A program made the translations under genes and the position numbers. DNA of 64,000 nt from a virus. Lineage: Duplodnaviria; Caudoviricetes. The notes under the pieces are model-generated. The model ran no database searches, had not been told where the DNA came from, and saw nothing but the letters and a program-made list of their open reading frames with translations. The stretch spans positions 2,832 to 66,831 of IMG/VR virus record IMGVR_UViG_3300042274_000720. One strand, given 5' to 3'. Of this stretch, positions 35,758-45,397 are shown in pieces. The number at the start of each line of letters is the position of its first letter. The first letter of the stretch is position 1.

Positions 35758-37827
35758 TTAGATGCCCTGCCCGTGGCGCTCTTTCAGCGCGGCCTCGGCG
35801 GCGAACGTCCGCTCCTTGGAACGCAACTCCTGCTGCTTGATCCCCAGCTTGGCCTGGAGGTCTTCCATCTTCATGTTGCGCTGCTCGGCCAGCGCCATCA
35901 GCTTGGTCTCGCGGTCGATTTCGGCCACCTGGAGCTTCACCTCGGCTTCCATCTGCGCGATCTGCTGCTGGACCTGCAGCTTCATCATTTCCGGGTCGGG
36001 CTGTCCGCCCTGCTCCTGGGCCTGGCGCTGCTCGGCCTCGATCTCCTGGTCGGTCTTGATGATCTCGTCGGCCGCCAGCATGTGCGCCTGAAGCGTCTTC
36101 CGCGCGGCGTCGGCGGGCTTGAGCAACTGGCCGAGGACCGGGTGGACCGTCCAGTTGGTCGTGATCGCCATGAGGTTCTGCGCCTGGATTTCGCGGACCA
36201 GCAGGACCGAAGAACCGCGGGCGTCCACCTCCATGTCGCCCTTGATCTCCTCGTTGTCGCTGAACTGCATGTTCCAGTCGTAGGCGCGGCGGATAGTCGG
36301 GATCGTCAGGTCGTCGTCCCAATTCTTGACCGCGCGGCGGAACACCACGTTGGCGGCGTTCTGGAGGATCGACATGCCCTGCGCCGTCTGCGTCTGGTGC
36401 GACGCGCTCTCGCCCTGAGCGACCAGCGGCAGGTTGGTTTCGTCGTCGGCGAACTGGCGGGCGAGCGCGATGATGTTGGCGAGTTCGGCTTGCCGGCTGT
36501 CGATCTGGAACGCATAGAAGGCGTTCTGCGCCGGCATGGACGGGTCGTTGTTGTACCACACCTTGTTGCGGCGGAGCGTGTAATCGCCGTCGGCCGGGGT
36601 GATGGCGCTCTTGTTGATGATGACCTGCGGCCCGGCGGACAGGCCGGTGTTGTCCATCATGGTGCGCCACGCGCCGTTGATGGCGGCTTGGCTGTCGCGC
36701 ATGAGGTAGGGCACGCCGAAGCCAAAGATGCCGGCGTCGTCCTTCTCGAAGTTCCAGACGGAGTACAGCGCGTCGCCGTTGTCCAGGAAGTGCGGCGAGA
36801 ACTTGATGACCTTGCCCTGGCAGAACCACACCTGCACCAGGACTTCCTGCAGGTCGTCGACCTCGATGTCCTTGAGCGTGTCGTCGCGGCCCATGCAGTT
36901 GCACAGCGTCTCGACGTCCTCGCGCTCCAGCGGGCCGTGGTACTCCCACACGATGTAGCGGCCGTCGTTGGCCTTGTCGCCGGCGCCGGTGATCGCGCGC
37001 AGCTGGGTGATGTAGTCCGGCAGGTTCTCGCGGCTCGCCTCCTTGAGCACCGACCGGATCGCGTCGCTGTTGAACGACGGCAGTTGCGCCAGGCGCTTCA
37101 TGTCCTTCGACGTGAACAGGTGGCGCTCGTAGGTGAACTGCGCCTCGTCCATGGTCCGCGCGCTCATGTCCGGGAAGAAGGCCCACGGATCGACGCGGCG
37201 GTATTCCGGGCGCGGGTCTTCCACCGTGGCGAGGACGTGCGTGCCGGCCATCGGGCCGTCTTCCGCCTTGCCCCACTTGCGCTGCACGCGCTGGCTGGTG
37301 ACCGGGCCCTTGATGATGCCGGTGCCCAGCACGCAGCCGTCGTGGATCGCGTCGCGGCACCGGATGTTGTAGCTCGACTCGCGCAGCTGGTCGTCGATCT
37401 CGCGCTCCATGGCCTCGGCGCGCTTCTTCGCCTCGGCGACCATGGCCTCCGCCTGCTGCTTCTGGCCCTCGTCCTGCGCTTCCTCCATTTCCGGGACCGG
37501 CGTGGGCGCGATGCCCCAATTGCGGTCATCGGTCGGGAACAGCATGTCCGCCAGCCGCGCCTCCCAGGCGTTCGTCTTGGATCGCGTGAGGTTGACGAAC
37601 ACCTGGGACTGCTGGCTGGCGGTCAGGCGAGAGTGGGTCTTGGGATCGTACTGGCCGTGGTACTGGCGCAGGTCTTCCAGCCAGCGGTCCTCGATCAGGC
37701 TCTTGCGCTGCACCTGCTCGTCGGCCTGCGCCTGGAGGCGCCCGACCACCTGGCCGAGGGCTTCTTCCATGCGCAGTTCGGCGTCCGCCTGCATCTGCGG
37801 GTCGGCGGCGAGGGCGAGATCGGGCAT
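35758..37827 (-). CDS. Portal protein
   Basis: ~690 aa after terL; WLEDLRQYHG, FVNLTRSKTNAWEARLADMLFP, coiled-coil C-terminus. Confidence 0.85.
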   Translation of the reverse strand: MPDLALAADPQMQADAELRMEEALGQVVGRLQAQADEQVQRKSLIEDRWLEDLRQYHGQYDPKTHSRLTASQQSQVFVNLTRSKTNAWEARLADMLFPTDDRNWGIAPTPVPEMEEAQDEGQKQQAEAMVAEAKKRAEAMEREIDDQLRESSYNIRCRDAIHDGCVLGTGIIKGPVTSQRVQRKWGKAEDGPMAGTHVLATVEDPRPEYRRVDPWAFFPDMSARTMDEAQFTYERHLFTSKDMKRLAQLPSFNSDAIRSVLKEASRENLPDYITQLRAITGAGDKANDGRYIVWEYHGPLEREDVETLCNCMGRDDTLKDIEVDDLQEVLVQVWFCQGKVIKFSPHFLDNGDALYSVWNFEKDDAGIFGFGVPYLMRDSQAAINGAWRTMMDNTGLSAGPQVIINKSAITPADGDYTLRRNKVWYNNDPSMPAQNAFYAFQIDSRQAELANIIALARQFADDETNLPLVAQGESASHQTQTAQGMSILQNAANVVFRRAVKNWDDDLTIPTIRRAYDWNMQFSDNEEIKGDMEVDARGSSVLLVREIQAQNLMAITTNWTVHPVLGQLLKPADAARKTLQAHMLAADEIIKTDQEIEAEQRQAQEQGGQPDPEMMKLQVQQQIAQMEAEVKLQVAEIDRETKLMALAEQRNMKMEDLQAKLGIKQQELRSKERTFAAEAALKERHGQGI

Positions 37828-37838
37828 TGGGCTGGTCC

Positions 37839-38582
37839 TCACAATCCGGCGCGGCTGTCGGCGGGCAGGACGGGCATGACGTCGTGCTTATCGGCCGGCT
37901 GGGTGGCGGCGCGCTGCAGGCCGGAGACGATCAGGTAGCGGGTGGCGTCCATGAGGTGATCGCTCTCCTTGACCACGCGGCCCTTCTCGTCACGGCGGTA
38001 GATGCGGTACTCGGCGAGCCAGTTGACGCAGGTGGAGAACACCTTGAGACGGCCGGTGCTCAACCGCTGCCACACCTCGTAGATGCCGGCCTCGACGCTG
38101 TTGTCCGCCGGGGCGATGTTGAGGCCCAGCTGGCGGTACATGACGTAGAGCTGCTGGCCGTCGACCTGGGTGCGCCCGCGCGAGGCTGGGTCGATGACGC
38201 CGGGAATCCAGTCGCCACGGGCTTTGATCGCCTGGGCGTGGATGCCGGGCTCGGCCTGCCCCCGGTAGTGCTCCGTGTAGAGGTAGACGCAATCGACGGA
38301 GCGGTCGTAGGCGCCCCATATGGCGGCGGTGCGGTTCCAGCCGACGTCCAGGCCGAAGGCGCGCGGCCAGAACGCGGGGATCATGAACGGCTTGACCACG
38401 AAGTCGCTTTCCACGATCGGGTAGATGGCGCCGGACCCCAGGCCGGGGATGCCCTTGGTTCGGGCGTCGCGCTCGTGCGGCGGGTAGGAGTCCAGCAGCT
38501 TGCTCTTGGTCGCCTCGTCGATGTGCGGCGCGTGGTCCCAGCCGCACATGACGACGTAGCGGTTGTCGCTGATCCGGGGCAT
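37839..38582 (-). CDS. terL: Terminase large subunit, C-terminal (nuclease) part
   Basis: GWDHAPHI...PPHERDARTKGIPGLGSGAIYP, AFGLDVGW, DHLMDATRY. Confidence 0.85.
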   Translation of the reverse strand: MPRISDNRYVVMCGWDHAPHIDEATKSKLLDSYPPHERDARTKGIPGLGSGAIYPIVESDFVVKPFMIPAFWPRAFGLDVGWNRTAAIWGAYDRSVDCVYLYTEHYRGQAEPGIHAQAIKARGDWIPGVIDPASRGRTQVDGQQLYVMYRQLGLNIAPADNSVEAGIYEVWQRLSTGRLKVFSTCVNWLAEYRIYRRDEKGRVVKESDHLMDATRYLIVSGLQRAATQPADKHDVMPVLPADSRAGL

Positions 38583-38671
38583 TACCAGTCCTGGAACGGG
38601 CTGCGCTGGCGGACCAGGGCCATGACGATGCAGAACGCGGCGATCAGCGCGAACAGGATCAGGTACTCCAT
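38582..38671 (-). CDS. 29-aa hydrophobic peptide inside the terL gap
   Basis: GGAG RBS; MEYLILFALIAAFCIVMALVRQRSPFQDW; TAATG overlap with the terL C-part start. Confidence 0.5.
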   Translation of the reverse strand: MEYLILFALIAAFCIVMALVRQRSPFQDW

Positions 38672-38928
38672 GGCGTCAGGCTCCGTGCTGAAGGAAAAAG
38701 CGGGGCTTACCTCGATTTCCTGCTTGATGCTTTGCCGGCGGCCCAGGCTTGCGGATGCCGTGCGCGCGAAGTGTCCCCCTCGCTAAAGGGTGTGGGGCGC
38801 GCATCGGTTACCGATCGAGGTCTTCGCAGCCGCGGCGGCTCCGGGTGGACGACACACCCCCGGACCACCTGCCCCGTGTTGCGGCTGTAGGAGTGGCCGC
38901 CACCCACATGACCACTTGCAAGCCGGGC

Positions 38929-39681
38929 TCACGGTCCCGGCAGGAAACCTTTGGCGACGGCGCTCAGGCCGGACAGCGGCGTGAACGTGGCGATCAGGAG
39001 CCCGCCGGTGGTGGCCGTGCGGGTCAGGGCCTCGGTGTAGACGTCGGCCGGCGGCTCCTCGTCCAGCCACACCACATGCTGCGCGGTGCCCTGGAAACTC
39101 TTGCGACCCTGCTGGTAGCTCTTGAACCCGAGGACGCTGTAGCCGCCGCTCTCGTGGCGAATCCGCACGGTGTCCAGCAGGTCGGCGACGCCCTGGCGCC
39201 ATGCGCAGCTTGTCAGGTCCACCGCGTCGCCGGGGATCAGCCCGGTCGCGCTGACCGCCTTGTGCTTGCCCTCCCACTCGACCTCCCCCAGCAGCTTGGA
39301 CTGGAGAATGTCGCGGGTCGTCTCGTTGGTGTCGCCCGCCACCCACACGCGGACCGGCCCCGGAAAGCGGCGACCGGCCCACCAGTGCGGATACCGCCCC
39401 GTGAGCCATGTGGCGACGGCATAACCGCCGGCTTCGGACTTGCCCGTCCGGTTGCCGGCCATCATGGCGACCTCGTTGTACTCCCCCGTGGAGTCCAGGA
39501 ACTCGATGTGCGGCCCGTACAGGTGGCGCGCGTGGAACACCTCGCCCCGCCAGGTGTGTGTCTCGTCGGGGAACAGGTGTTCGTACCGCTTGCGCTTCTC
39601 CCGCCGGTCCTTCTCCGCCAGCAAGAGCAACAGTTCCTCGCGCTGCTTACGGGGCAGCGCGGCGATCTGCTCCGGTGTCAT
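38929..39681 (-). CDS. terL: Terminase large subunit, N-terminal (ATPase) part
   Basis: MAGNRTGKS Walker A, VVWLDEEPP Walker B, TFTPL; ATGA-coupled to terS. Confidence 0.85.
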   Translation of the reverse strand: MTPEQIAALPRKQREELLLLLAEKDRREKRKRYEHLFPDETHTWRGEVFHARHLYGPHIEFLDSTGEYNEVAMMAGNRTGKSEAGGYAVATWLTGRYPHWWAGRRFPGPVRVWVAGDTNETTRDILQSKLLGEVEWEGKHKAVSATGLIPGDAVDLTSCAWRQGVADLLDTVRIRHESGGYSVLGFKSYQQGRKSFQGTAQHVVWLDEEPPADVYTEALTRTATTGGLLIATFTPLSGLSAVAKGFLPGP

Positions 39682-40118
39682 CGGTGCAGGGTGGCGTCGA
39701 GCGCAGCCATCAGGGCGACGAGGCGGTTGTCCAGTTCGGCGTCGTCCATCTGGCGGATCGCCACCTCGCCGCTCAACTCCACCTGCTGCTTGTCGCCGTA
39801 GCTGGCCGGCTTGAGCTTCGCCGCGGCCCACTTACGGGCGTCGACCCGGAGCCTGTAAGCCTGGGCCTGCTCCTTGCTGGTTGCGCTCATGCTCTCGTCG
39901 GCGAGGCTGATGATCTCCTCGGCGTAGTGGTCGGCCTGGTCTTCTCGTGCGCGCGCGTATTGGGCAGAAAAGTCAGCCTTGCGGCAAAGCCACACCCTCA
40001 CCGTCTCGCGGTGCGGCATGCCGGGATCTTCGCAGATTGCTCGCAAGCTCTCCCCGTCGGCGATGCGACGGCAGATTTCGTCTGCGAGCTTCTGCGTAAA
40101 TCTGCTGGGCCTTCCCAC
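39678..40118 (-). CDS. terS: Terminase small subunit (Sf6-type)
   Basis: GRPSRFTQKLADEICRRIADGESLRAIC...RLRVDARKWAAAKLKP..YGDK. Confidence 0.9.
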   Translation of the reverse strand: MGRPSRFTQKLADEICRRIADGESLRAICEDPGMPHRETVRVWLCRKADFSAQYARAREDQADHYAEEIISLADESMSATSKEQAQAYRLRVDARKWAAAKLKPASYGDKQQVELSGEVAIRQMDDAELDNRLVALMAALDATLHR

Positions 40119-40173
40119 TGCCGACCTCCCCGCACGATGATCCGTTCGCCCCGGCCCCGTGCAAGCTCACACG

Positions 40174-40205
40174 AAAAAGCCCGCCGCGGCTGGACCGGGC
40201 GGGCT
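40174..40205 (-). terminator. Terminator upstream of terS (tR'-like)
   Basis: AGCCCGCC...GGCGGGCT followed by TTTT on the minus strand. Confidence 0.55.
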
Positions 40206-40238
40206 GGATTTAGGCGCACTTCGCCTAACACGAGAAAA

Positions 40239-40267
40239 TGGTTACCGGAAGGTGGGTGAACCGTCAA
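40239..40267 (-). promoter_or_regulatory. Putative late promoter (pR'-like)
   Basis: TTGACG-N17-TAACCA on the minus strand just upstream of the terminator. Confidence 0.4.
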
Positions 40268-40344
40268 CCCTCATCCGTGTTGCGAGCGGTATCTTTTCGC
40301 CATAAGATGCCGCGCGCAACAAACCAGCTAAGTTGGAGGCATTG

Positions 40345-40659
40345 ATGAACGAAACCGATCTCAAGATCCTAACGGACAGAGCATTGGAAGCGGCGAGGCT
40401 CGCCGGTGGTGAAACGGCGTTCCGCGCTGATGTCAACAACTGGCCTAAAGAACTCGTCGGGAAATGGGTAGATATATCGAAAGATATAGCAGACGATCAC
40501 GGCCTGAAACTCGCTGGTGTCCGAACGGACTCGTTCGGATTTTTTAAGATTGGCGCCACGCAGGACTGTGTAAACGGAGGCTTCTACAACGGTGTTCCGA
40601 TTGTCATGACGGAAGTTCCATTCGATACCGTCGAACTTGTCTTTAGGCCGAAGGTCTAA
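40345..40659 (+). CDS. Low-GC moron, hypothetical protein
   Basis: GGAGG RBS; opposite strand; distinct codon usage. Confidence 0.65.
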   Translation: MNETDLKILTDRALEAARLAGGETAFRADVNNWPKELVGKWVDISKDIADDHGLKLAGVRTDSFGFFKIGATQDCVNGGFYNGVPIVMTEVPFDTVELVFRPKV

Positions 40660-40708
40660 AGTGAAGCGGGGTCGGAGGCGGGGCTGCCCAGCCTCCGACT
40701 GAAGACTG

Positions 40709-41470
40709 TCACCGCAGCCTCCACACCACCGGCTTGCCGCCGCCGCCATCGATGCGCACGAGCCCGGCCCGCTTCCAGGCCTGCAGCTGGCCCAGGATCG
40801 CCACCCGGTCGGCGCTCACCTGATCGGCGAAGCCCAATACCTCATCGGCGGGCAGGCCATCGCCGGTCAGGGCCATGGCCAGCCACAGGTGCACGTCGGA
40901 GGGCGTGGACACGGGTAGCACTCCGTCGTCGCTCTCCCGCTCGGGCCGGACGTCCAGGGTCAGCACGTCGACCAAGTCGCTCCAGGCCTCGCCATCCGTC
41001 AGTGCCGTGCGCCTCCACCAGCCAGAGAGCCAGCGCAGGGCTGTGCCGAGGTGGCGTTGGTCGCGGATGGTCCATGCGTCGTCGATCAGGGCGGCTCGCA
41101 GCACCGGCCAGTGGCGCCCCGCCTCCCGCCGGCACCGCCCGACCAGTGCCTCGGCATAGGCCACATGCTCGGGCAGTTCGCCCGGCCGCCGGTTGGCGCC
41201 GTAGCTCGCCGTGACGGATGGCTCCCGGTGGGCAAGCAGGTACACCCGCCGAAGCGTCTCCCCGGCCCAGCGGTTCAGCCTTGGCAGGGCGCGCAGCCGG
41301 CGGCGGTCGTCGTCGCTGACGTCGAGCATGCGGATGGCGACGCGCCTGACGCCCTCGTCCAGCGTCGTGACCTCGACCGACTCGCCCTTGGCCTGACGCT
41401 CCACCGTCGGCCGGTTGCGCTCGCTCAGCGCCCGGTCGATGGCGTCGCGCTGACGCAGGTTCTTGCCCAT
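40709..41470 (-). CDS. Hypothetical protein, possible late regulator (Q position) with C-terminal wHTH
   Basis: Position before the late promoter/terminator; C-terminal ...ILGQLQAWKRAGLVRIDG...WRL. Confidence 0.4.
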   Translation of the reverse strand: MGKNLRQRDAIDRALSERNRPTVERQAKGESVEVTTLDEGVRRVAIRMLDVSDDDRRRLRALPRLNRWAGETLRRVYLLAHREPSVTASYGANRRPGELPEHVAYAEALVGRCRREAGRHWPVLRAALIDDAWTIRDQRHLGTALRWLSGWWRRTALTDGEAWSDLVDVLTLDVRPERESDDGVLPVSTPSDVHLWLAMALTGDGLPADEVLGFADQVSADRVAILGQLQAWKRAGLVRIDGGGGKPVVWRLR

Positions 41471-42162
41471 CAGGATTGCGCTCCGTCGGTTCCGAAGGCC
41501 TGCCGCGCCTCCGCCAGGATTTCGGCCTTCCGGCGTTCGAGTTCCGCCATGGACATGGGCGGCTCGTCGTGATGCTGCGGGCGCGCCCGGGCAACAGGCT
41601 TCACGGCTCCCTTGGCAATCTCGCGGACGCGGGCCTGAGCGCTCTTCGGTTGCGCCCTCCGGCCGGCTTCCGTCGGCGTGCTGGCGATCACCCGGAGGCG
41701 CTGCAGGGTCTGGCTGTCGCACTTCACCGCCGCCCAGCACAGGCGGCGGATGCCGGCGATGGTCGGCTTCTTGTCCTGGGTCCGGCGCCACTCGGCGAAG
41801 GCCGCCTCGATCGCCCACATCGGGTACTCGCCCAGGTCGGCGCACCAGTCGCTTGCGATGCCGCGGTGGACCGCGTCGGGCATCTTGGCGACGTAGTGGT
41901 GGGCAAGCGCCACCATGACCCGGCCGGCAATCTCGGCCTTCTCCGCGGGGCGAAGCCGCGCCTCAATGGCGGGGATCGCCCGCTGCGCATCGGTGCGCTG
42001 CTCGTCGCTGACCACGGCCGGCGGACGCCACGGCAGTTCGATCTCGTCGTAGCCGTGGTCGGTGGAGATGGGCTTAGTCGGAGCCGTAACCAGCGACGTC
42101 AGCGAAGCCGGCAAAGAAGCCGGAGTGGGTGTCGTGACCGTGCTGAGTTCGGTGCTGGGCAT
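41470..42162 (-). CDS. Putative helicase loader (P-like)
   Basis: Follows rep; DWCADLGEYPMWAIEAAFAEWRR...PTIAGIR pattern. Confidence 0.55.
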   Translation of the reverse strand: MPSTELSTVTTPTPASLPASLTSLVTAPTKPISTDHGYDEIELPWRPPAVVSDEQRTDAQRAIPAIEARLRPAEKAEIAGRVMVALAHHYVAKMPDAVHRGIASDWCADLGEYPMWAIEAAFAEWRRTQDKKPTIAGIRRLCWAAVKCDSQTLQRLRVIASTPTEAGRRAQPKSAQARVREIAKGAVKPVARARPQHHDEPPMSMAELERRKAEILAEARQAFGTDGAQS

Positions 42163-43051
42163 GGGGGCGTCCTCCGGTGGTGACTTCGGGGTGCTGTTCG
42201 GCGTGGCGGAGCTGGGCGAGAGCGTCTCGCATCGAGTTCTTGACGTAGGCCGGTGAGCCTGGAGGGCCTTCGCCGCGCTGGCGCTTTCGTTCCAGGCCCT
42301 CGGTGATGACCGTCTGCACCAGGTCGAAGGGAACGCCCTCCCGCACCCAGGCCTTGACGGTTGCCAGCGCGTTGGTCGGGGACCGTGGAGACGGATCGCC
42401 ACCCCACAGCCTCGTGACCTCGGCGCTCCAGTGGCGCAGGATCGCCCGCGCCGTTTCGGTGGCGACGTCGCTGTCGGGATCGCCCGACGACGCCGAGGGA
42501 CCGCCCTCGTGCGTGTGCGCGCGACCGCCACCACTCCTAGGTTCCTGACGGTTCAGTGACGGTTCGTCTGAACTGGCGTTCAGGGGTGGGGTGAACGTGC
42601 GTTCAGGGGTCAGTGAACGTGCGTTCAGGGGTGAACGCTGGTTCAGGGGTGAACTGGCGTTCAGGGGTGGAGCCTCCTGACCCCTGTCCTGGGGTTCAGG
42701 GGTCGGACCGCCGACCTCTGTCCGTGCGTTCAGGGGTGCGCCCTCGTCACCCCTGTCCGAGTGTTCAGGGGTTGCCGCATCCTGACGGGACCGCCCGCCA
42801 GGGGTGAGGCGGTACTTCACCACCCCACGAATGCCCTTGCCGATCGGCTTGATCTCGCCGGCGTCGACCAGGGCGGAAAGGATCTTGTGGACGTTCCGCT
42901 CGCCCGTCCGGCACATGCTGGCGAGCGTGCTGACGGAGGGCCATGCGACCATGCCGCCGTCCGCGTGGTCGGCCAGTGCAAGCATGACCAGTCGCGAGGT
43001 GCCTGTGGCGTTCGAGTGGTCCCAGACCAGCGTGGAGGCTTTCAGGCTCAT
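42074..43051 (-). CDS. Phage replication initiator (lambda O-like, N-terminal HTH)
   Basis: RLVMLALADHAD...AWPSVSTLASMC; internal PLNA repeats from the ori. Confidence 0.8.
   Translation of the reverse strand: MSLKASTLVWDHSNATGTSRLVMLALADHADGGMVAWPSVSTLASMCRTGERNVHKILSALVDAGEIKPIGKGIRGVVKYRLTPGGRSRQDAATPEHSDRGDEGAPLNARTEVGGPTPEPQDRGQEAPPLNASSPLNQRSPLNARSLTPERTFTPPLNASSDEPSLNRQEPRSGGGRAHTHEGGPSASSGDPDSDVATETARAILRHWSAEVTRLWGGDPSPRSPTNALATVKAWVREGVPFDLVQTVITEGLERKRQRGEGPPGSPAYVKNSMRDALAQLRHAEQHPEVTTGGRPHAQHRTQHGHDTHSGFFAGFADVAGYGSD
42569..42772. repeat. Iteron array (phage origin) inside rep
   Basis: Eight GTTCAGGGGT copies (42578, 42601, 42623, 42641, 42659, 42694, 42728, 42763); five preceded by TGAAC, forming TGAAC-N4-GTTCA. 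Confidence 0.8.
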
Positions 43052-43335
43052 CTGCATGGCCTCCCGGCCAGGGTGGCGCCGTTGCGGCGGGTCAGGGCGA
43101 CAGCGAGCGCCTGACGCGACATCCGGTCGTCCAGAGCATCTCTCCGGGCGCGGTGGACACGGGCCCTCAGGCGGGCCACCAGGTGGTCATGCGCGGCTTC
43201 GAGCAGCAGATGAGCGACGCCCCAGTTGTCGGCCCGCAGCCGCGGCGAGATCACAGCCACGCACTCGGTCGGCGTCAGGCCGGCGGCGCGAGCCCAGACG
43301 ACGTGTTCGGCGGCAATGGCGGCGGACACGCTCAT
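43048..43335 (-). CDS. Hypothetical protein
   Basis: Coupled ORF in the early operon. Confidence 0.5.
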   Translation of the reverse strand: MSVSAAIAAEHVVWARAAGLTPTECVAVISPRLRADNWGVAHLLLEAAHDHLVARLRARVHRARRDALDDRMSRQALAVALTRRNGATLAGRPCR

Positions 43336-43874
43336 GCCGGCACCTTTCGCGCCTGGAACATTCCCTCGCGATCCAGCACCGCCCGCATGCGCGCCGCGCC
43401 CTTGGTGGCGGAGCGGTCCACAGCCTCCAGCAGCCCGGCCACCTCAGCGTCACGGTCGGCCGTCGAGAGGATGCCGCCCTTCAGCGCCTCGTAGGCCTGC
43501 TCGAAGTTCCCGCCGGCGACGATGGCGATATGCCCCTCGTCGGCGAGCTGGTTGGTCAGGATCGCGAGCTGGAGGAACACGCGCGTCATGTTAGCGCCGC
43601 CGGTGGGATCGTCCGGCCGCGCCGAGACGTCGTCCATGACGGCGGATGCGGTGCGCTCCAGCCGCTCCATCAGCTTGTCCCGCTTGCGCCCGCGCAGGTC
43701 GTCCAGCGGCTCGGCGGCAGCGCGCACCAGACGGTCGCGTTCGACGACCAGGCCCGCGGCCTCGCGGCTCTTCCCGGCGCGGTGCATCAGGTCCATGGCG
43801 CCCCTGACCCACATGGCGTAGAGGGCTGGCACCAGGGCCAGTTCGACGCGGCGGCGGTCGTTCATGTAGGTCAT
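43332..43874 (-). CDS. Hypothetical helical protein
   Basis: Start trimmed to MTYMNDRRR; ATGA coupling. Confidence 0.55.
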   Translation of the reverse strand: MTYMNDRRRVELALVPALYAMWVRGAMDLMHRAGKSREAAGLVVERDRLVRAAAEPLDDLRGRKRDKLMERLERTASAVMDDVSARPDDPTGGANMTRVFLQLAILTNQLADEGHIAIVAGGNFEQAYEALKGGILSTADRDAEVAGLLEAVDRSATKGAARMRAVLDREGMFQARKVPA

Positions 43875-45397
43875 GCCGCACCTCCGGCCAAAAGGTGAGA
43901 ATTTCGCACCGTTTTCCCCGCCTGCTCGGCCACGCGCGCGGCCCACTCCCGGCGATCCTTCGCCTTGGGCGCCACCTGCCTGATCTCGGCCACGCGCTCC
44001 CAATCGGCGCGCGGCAGGTCCAGGCGGGTCAGGCTCGGGAAGTCCATGGTGGCGATGGTCGCGGCCGGAAGCCCGCCCACCGGCGGCAGCAGGTGCAGCG
44101 GCACGCCGTTGACGGTGACGGACAGGCGGGCCACGTATTCGGCACCGCAGCCGGGGCAGCGGTCGGCGCCGGCCTCGACGACGAGGTAGCAGCGCGGACA
44201 CCGCGAGGTCGGCGGAACCTGGCGTTCCAAGCCCGCAACACCACCCTGGAGCGTCCACGGCCGGTCGGCGTCCGGCATGCCGTGGTGGGTGACATTGCCA
44301 ACCAGGTCGACGACGATGCCGTGCGGCTTCGGCCCACGGGCCATAGCGCCGAGCCGGGCCAGGACGTCGCCCGTTCCTTCTCCGTCATGGGCTCGCGAAT
44401 CGAACCCGGCAGCGTAGACCGGCCGCATGGGGCGCCCGTTCTGCTGCTGGTACAGGCCCGTGGACATGGTCCGGCGCTTCATCAGCGCGCCGGCGACGGC
44501 AGGAACGTCGAAGCCCTCGCCGATCAGCTCGCAACTCGCGAGCTGCTGCGTCCGGCCGCTGCGGAACGCGTCCACGACCGCGCGGCGATCCGCTTGGGTC
44601 ATGGTCCCGTCGACGGTGGCACTATGCCAGCCGGCGGCCTCGAAAGCGGCGTCAGTGGCTGCGACGTGGTCGAGGTCGACGCAGAAGGACAGGACCTTCT
44701 TGCCTGCCATCAGGCGGCCATACCACGCGACGGCGGCGCGCAGGACCTCGGGCGTGTTCATCACCTTCGCCAGGTCGGAGCGCTTGTAGTCGCCCATCGA
44801 CTTGCCGACCGCCTCCATGCCGACCAGCGGCACCGGCGGAGCATAGACCTTCAGGCCGGCGAGGTAGCCCATACGCACCAGCCAGCGGATTGCCGGCCCG
44901 CGCACAGCCTCGCCGAACGTGTCGCCGAGGCCCCGGCCGTCCAGGCGGTAGCCGGTCGCCGTCGCACCGAAGCGGGTGGCGTTCAGGGCCGCGCCAATGA
45001 TCCGCTGCCACTGGCCCGCCGGGGTGTGGTGCGCCTCGTCGGGCACCAGCAGGTCGAGCGAGGCCAGCCACGCCCGGATGCTCGGATCGTTGCGCCGCCG
45101 GTCGAGGGTGGCGACGCTCGCGACGTGCACGTTGTGGCCCGTCAGCTCATGGCCCGGCGCGATCACGCCATGGTCGACACCGGCCGCCGACAGCGCGCCC
45201 GACAGCTGCTGCACCAGCTCGTCGCGGTGGGCGATGAGGCAGATGCGCCAGCCGAGGGCGGCCAAGGTGGCGATGACCGACGCGATGACCACGGACTTGC
45301 CGCCACCGGTGGGCAGGACGTAGAGGACATGGGCCCGGCGCTGGATGCAGGCGAGGATCTGATCGCGGCCGGTGGATTGGTAGGGGCGCAGCTTCAT
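43871..45397 (-). CDS. SF2 DEAD/DEAH helicase with C-terminal Zn ribbon
   Basis: LRPYQ, LPTGGGKS, PDEAHH, TAT, QQNGRPMR, CPRC...CPGC. Confidence 0.9.
   Translation of the reverse strand: MKLRPYQSTGRDQILACIQRRAHVLYVLPTGGGKSVVIASVIATLAALGWRICLIAHRDELVQQLSGALSAAGVDHGVIAPGHELTGHNVHVASVATLDRRRNDPSIRAWLASLDLLVPDEAHHTPAGQWQRIIGAALNATRFGATATGYRLDGRGLGDTFGEAVRGPAIRWLVRMGYLAGLKVYAPPVPLVGMEAVGKSMGDYKRSDLAKVMNTPEVLRAAVAWYGRLMAGKKVLSFCVDLDHVAATDAAFEAAGWHSATVDGTMTQADRRAVVDAFRSGRTQQLASCELIGEGFDVPAVAGALMKRRTMSTGLYQQQNGRPMRPVYAAGFDSRAHDGEGTGDVLARLGAMARGPKPHGIVVDLVGNVTHHGMPDADRPWTLQGGVAGLERQVPPTSRCPRCYLVVEAGADRCPGCGAEYVARLSVTVNGVPLHLLPPVGGLPAATIATMDFPSLTRLDLPRADWERVAEIRQVAPKAKDRREWAARVAEQAGKTVRNSHLLAGGAA

Noticed and set aside
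33099-37938. 806-aa and 921-aa plus-strand ORFs over capsid, scaffold and portal
   Set aside because: Shadow frames of clearly identified minus-strand structural genes
38672-38928. Canonical group I/II intron or 66-aa ORF in the terL gap
   Set aside because: The 5' GTGAGCCCGGC is only suggestive; no domain-V or P7/S elements were recognised by eye, and the ORF has no RBS and mixed codon bias. Left as an unexplained insert
42569-42772. rep-internal repeats as CRISPR or VNTR novelty
   Set aside because: Fits the standard lambdoid iteron origin within the initiator gene
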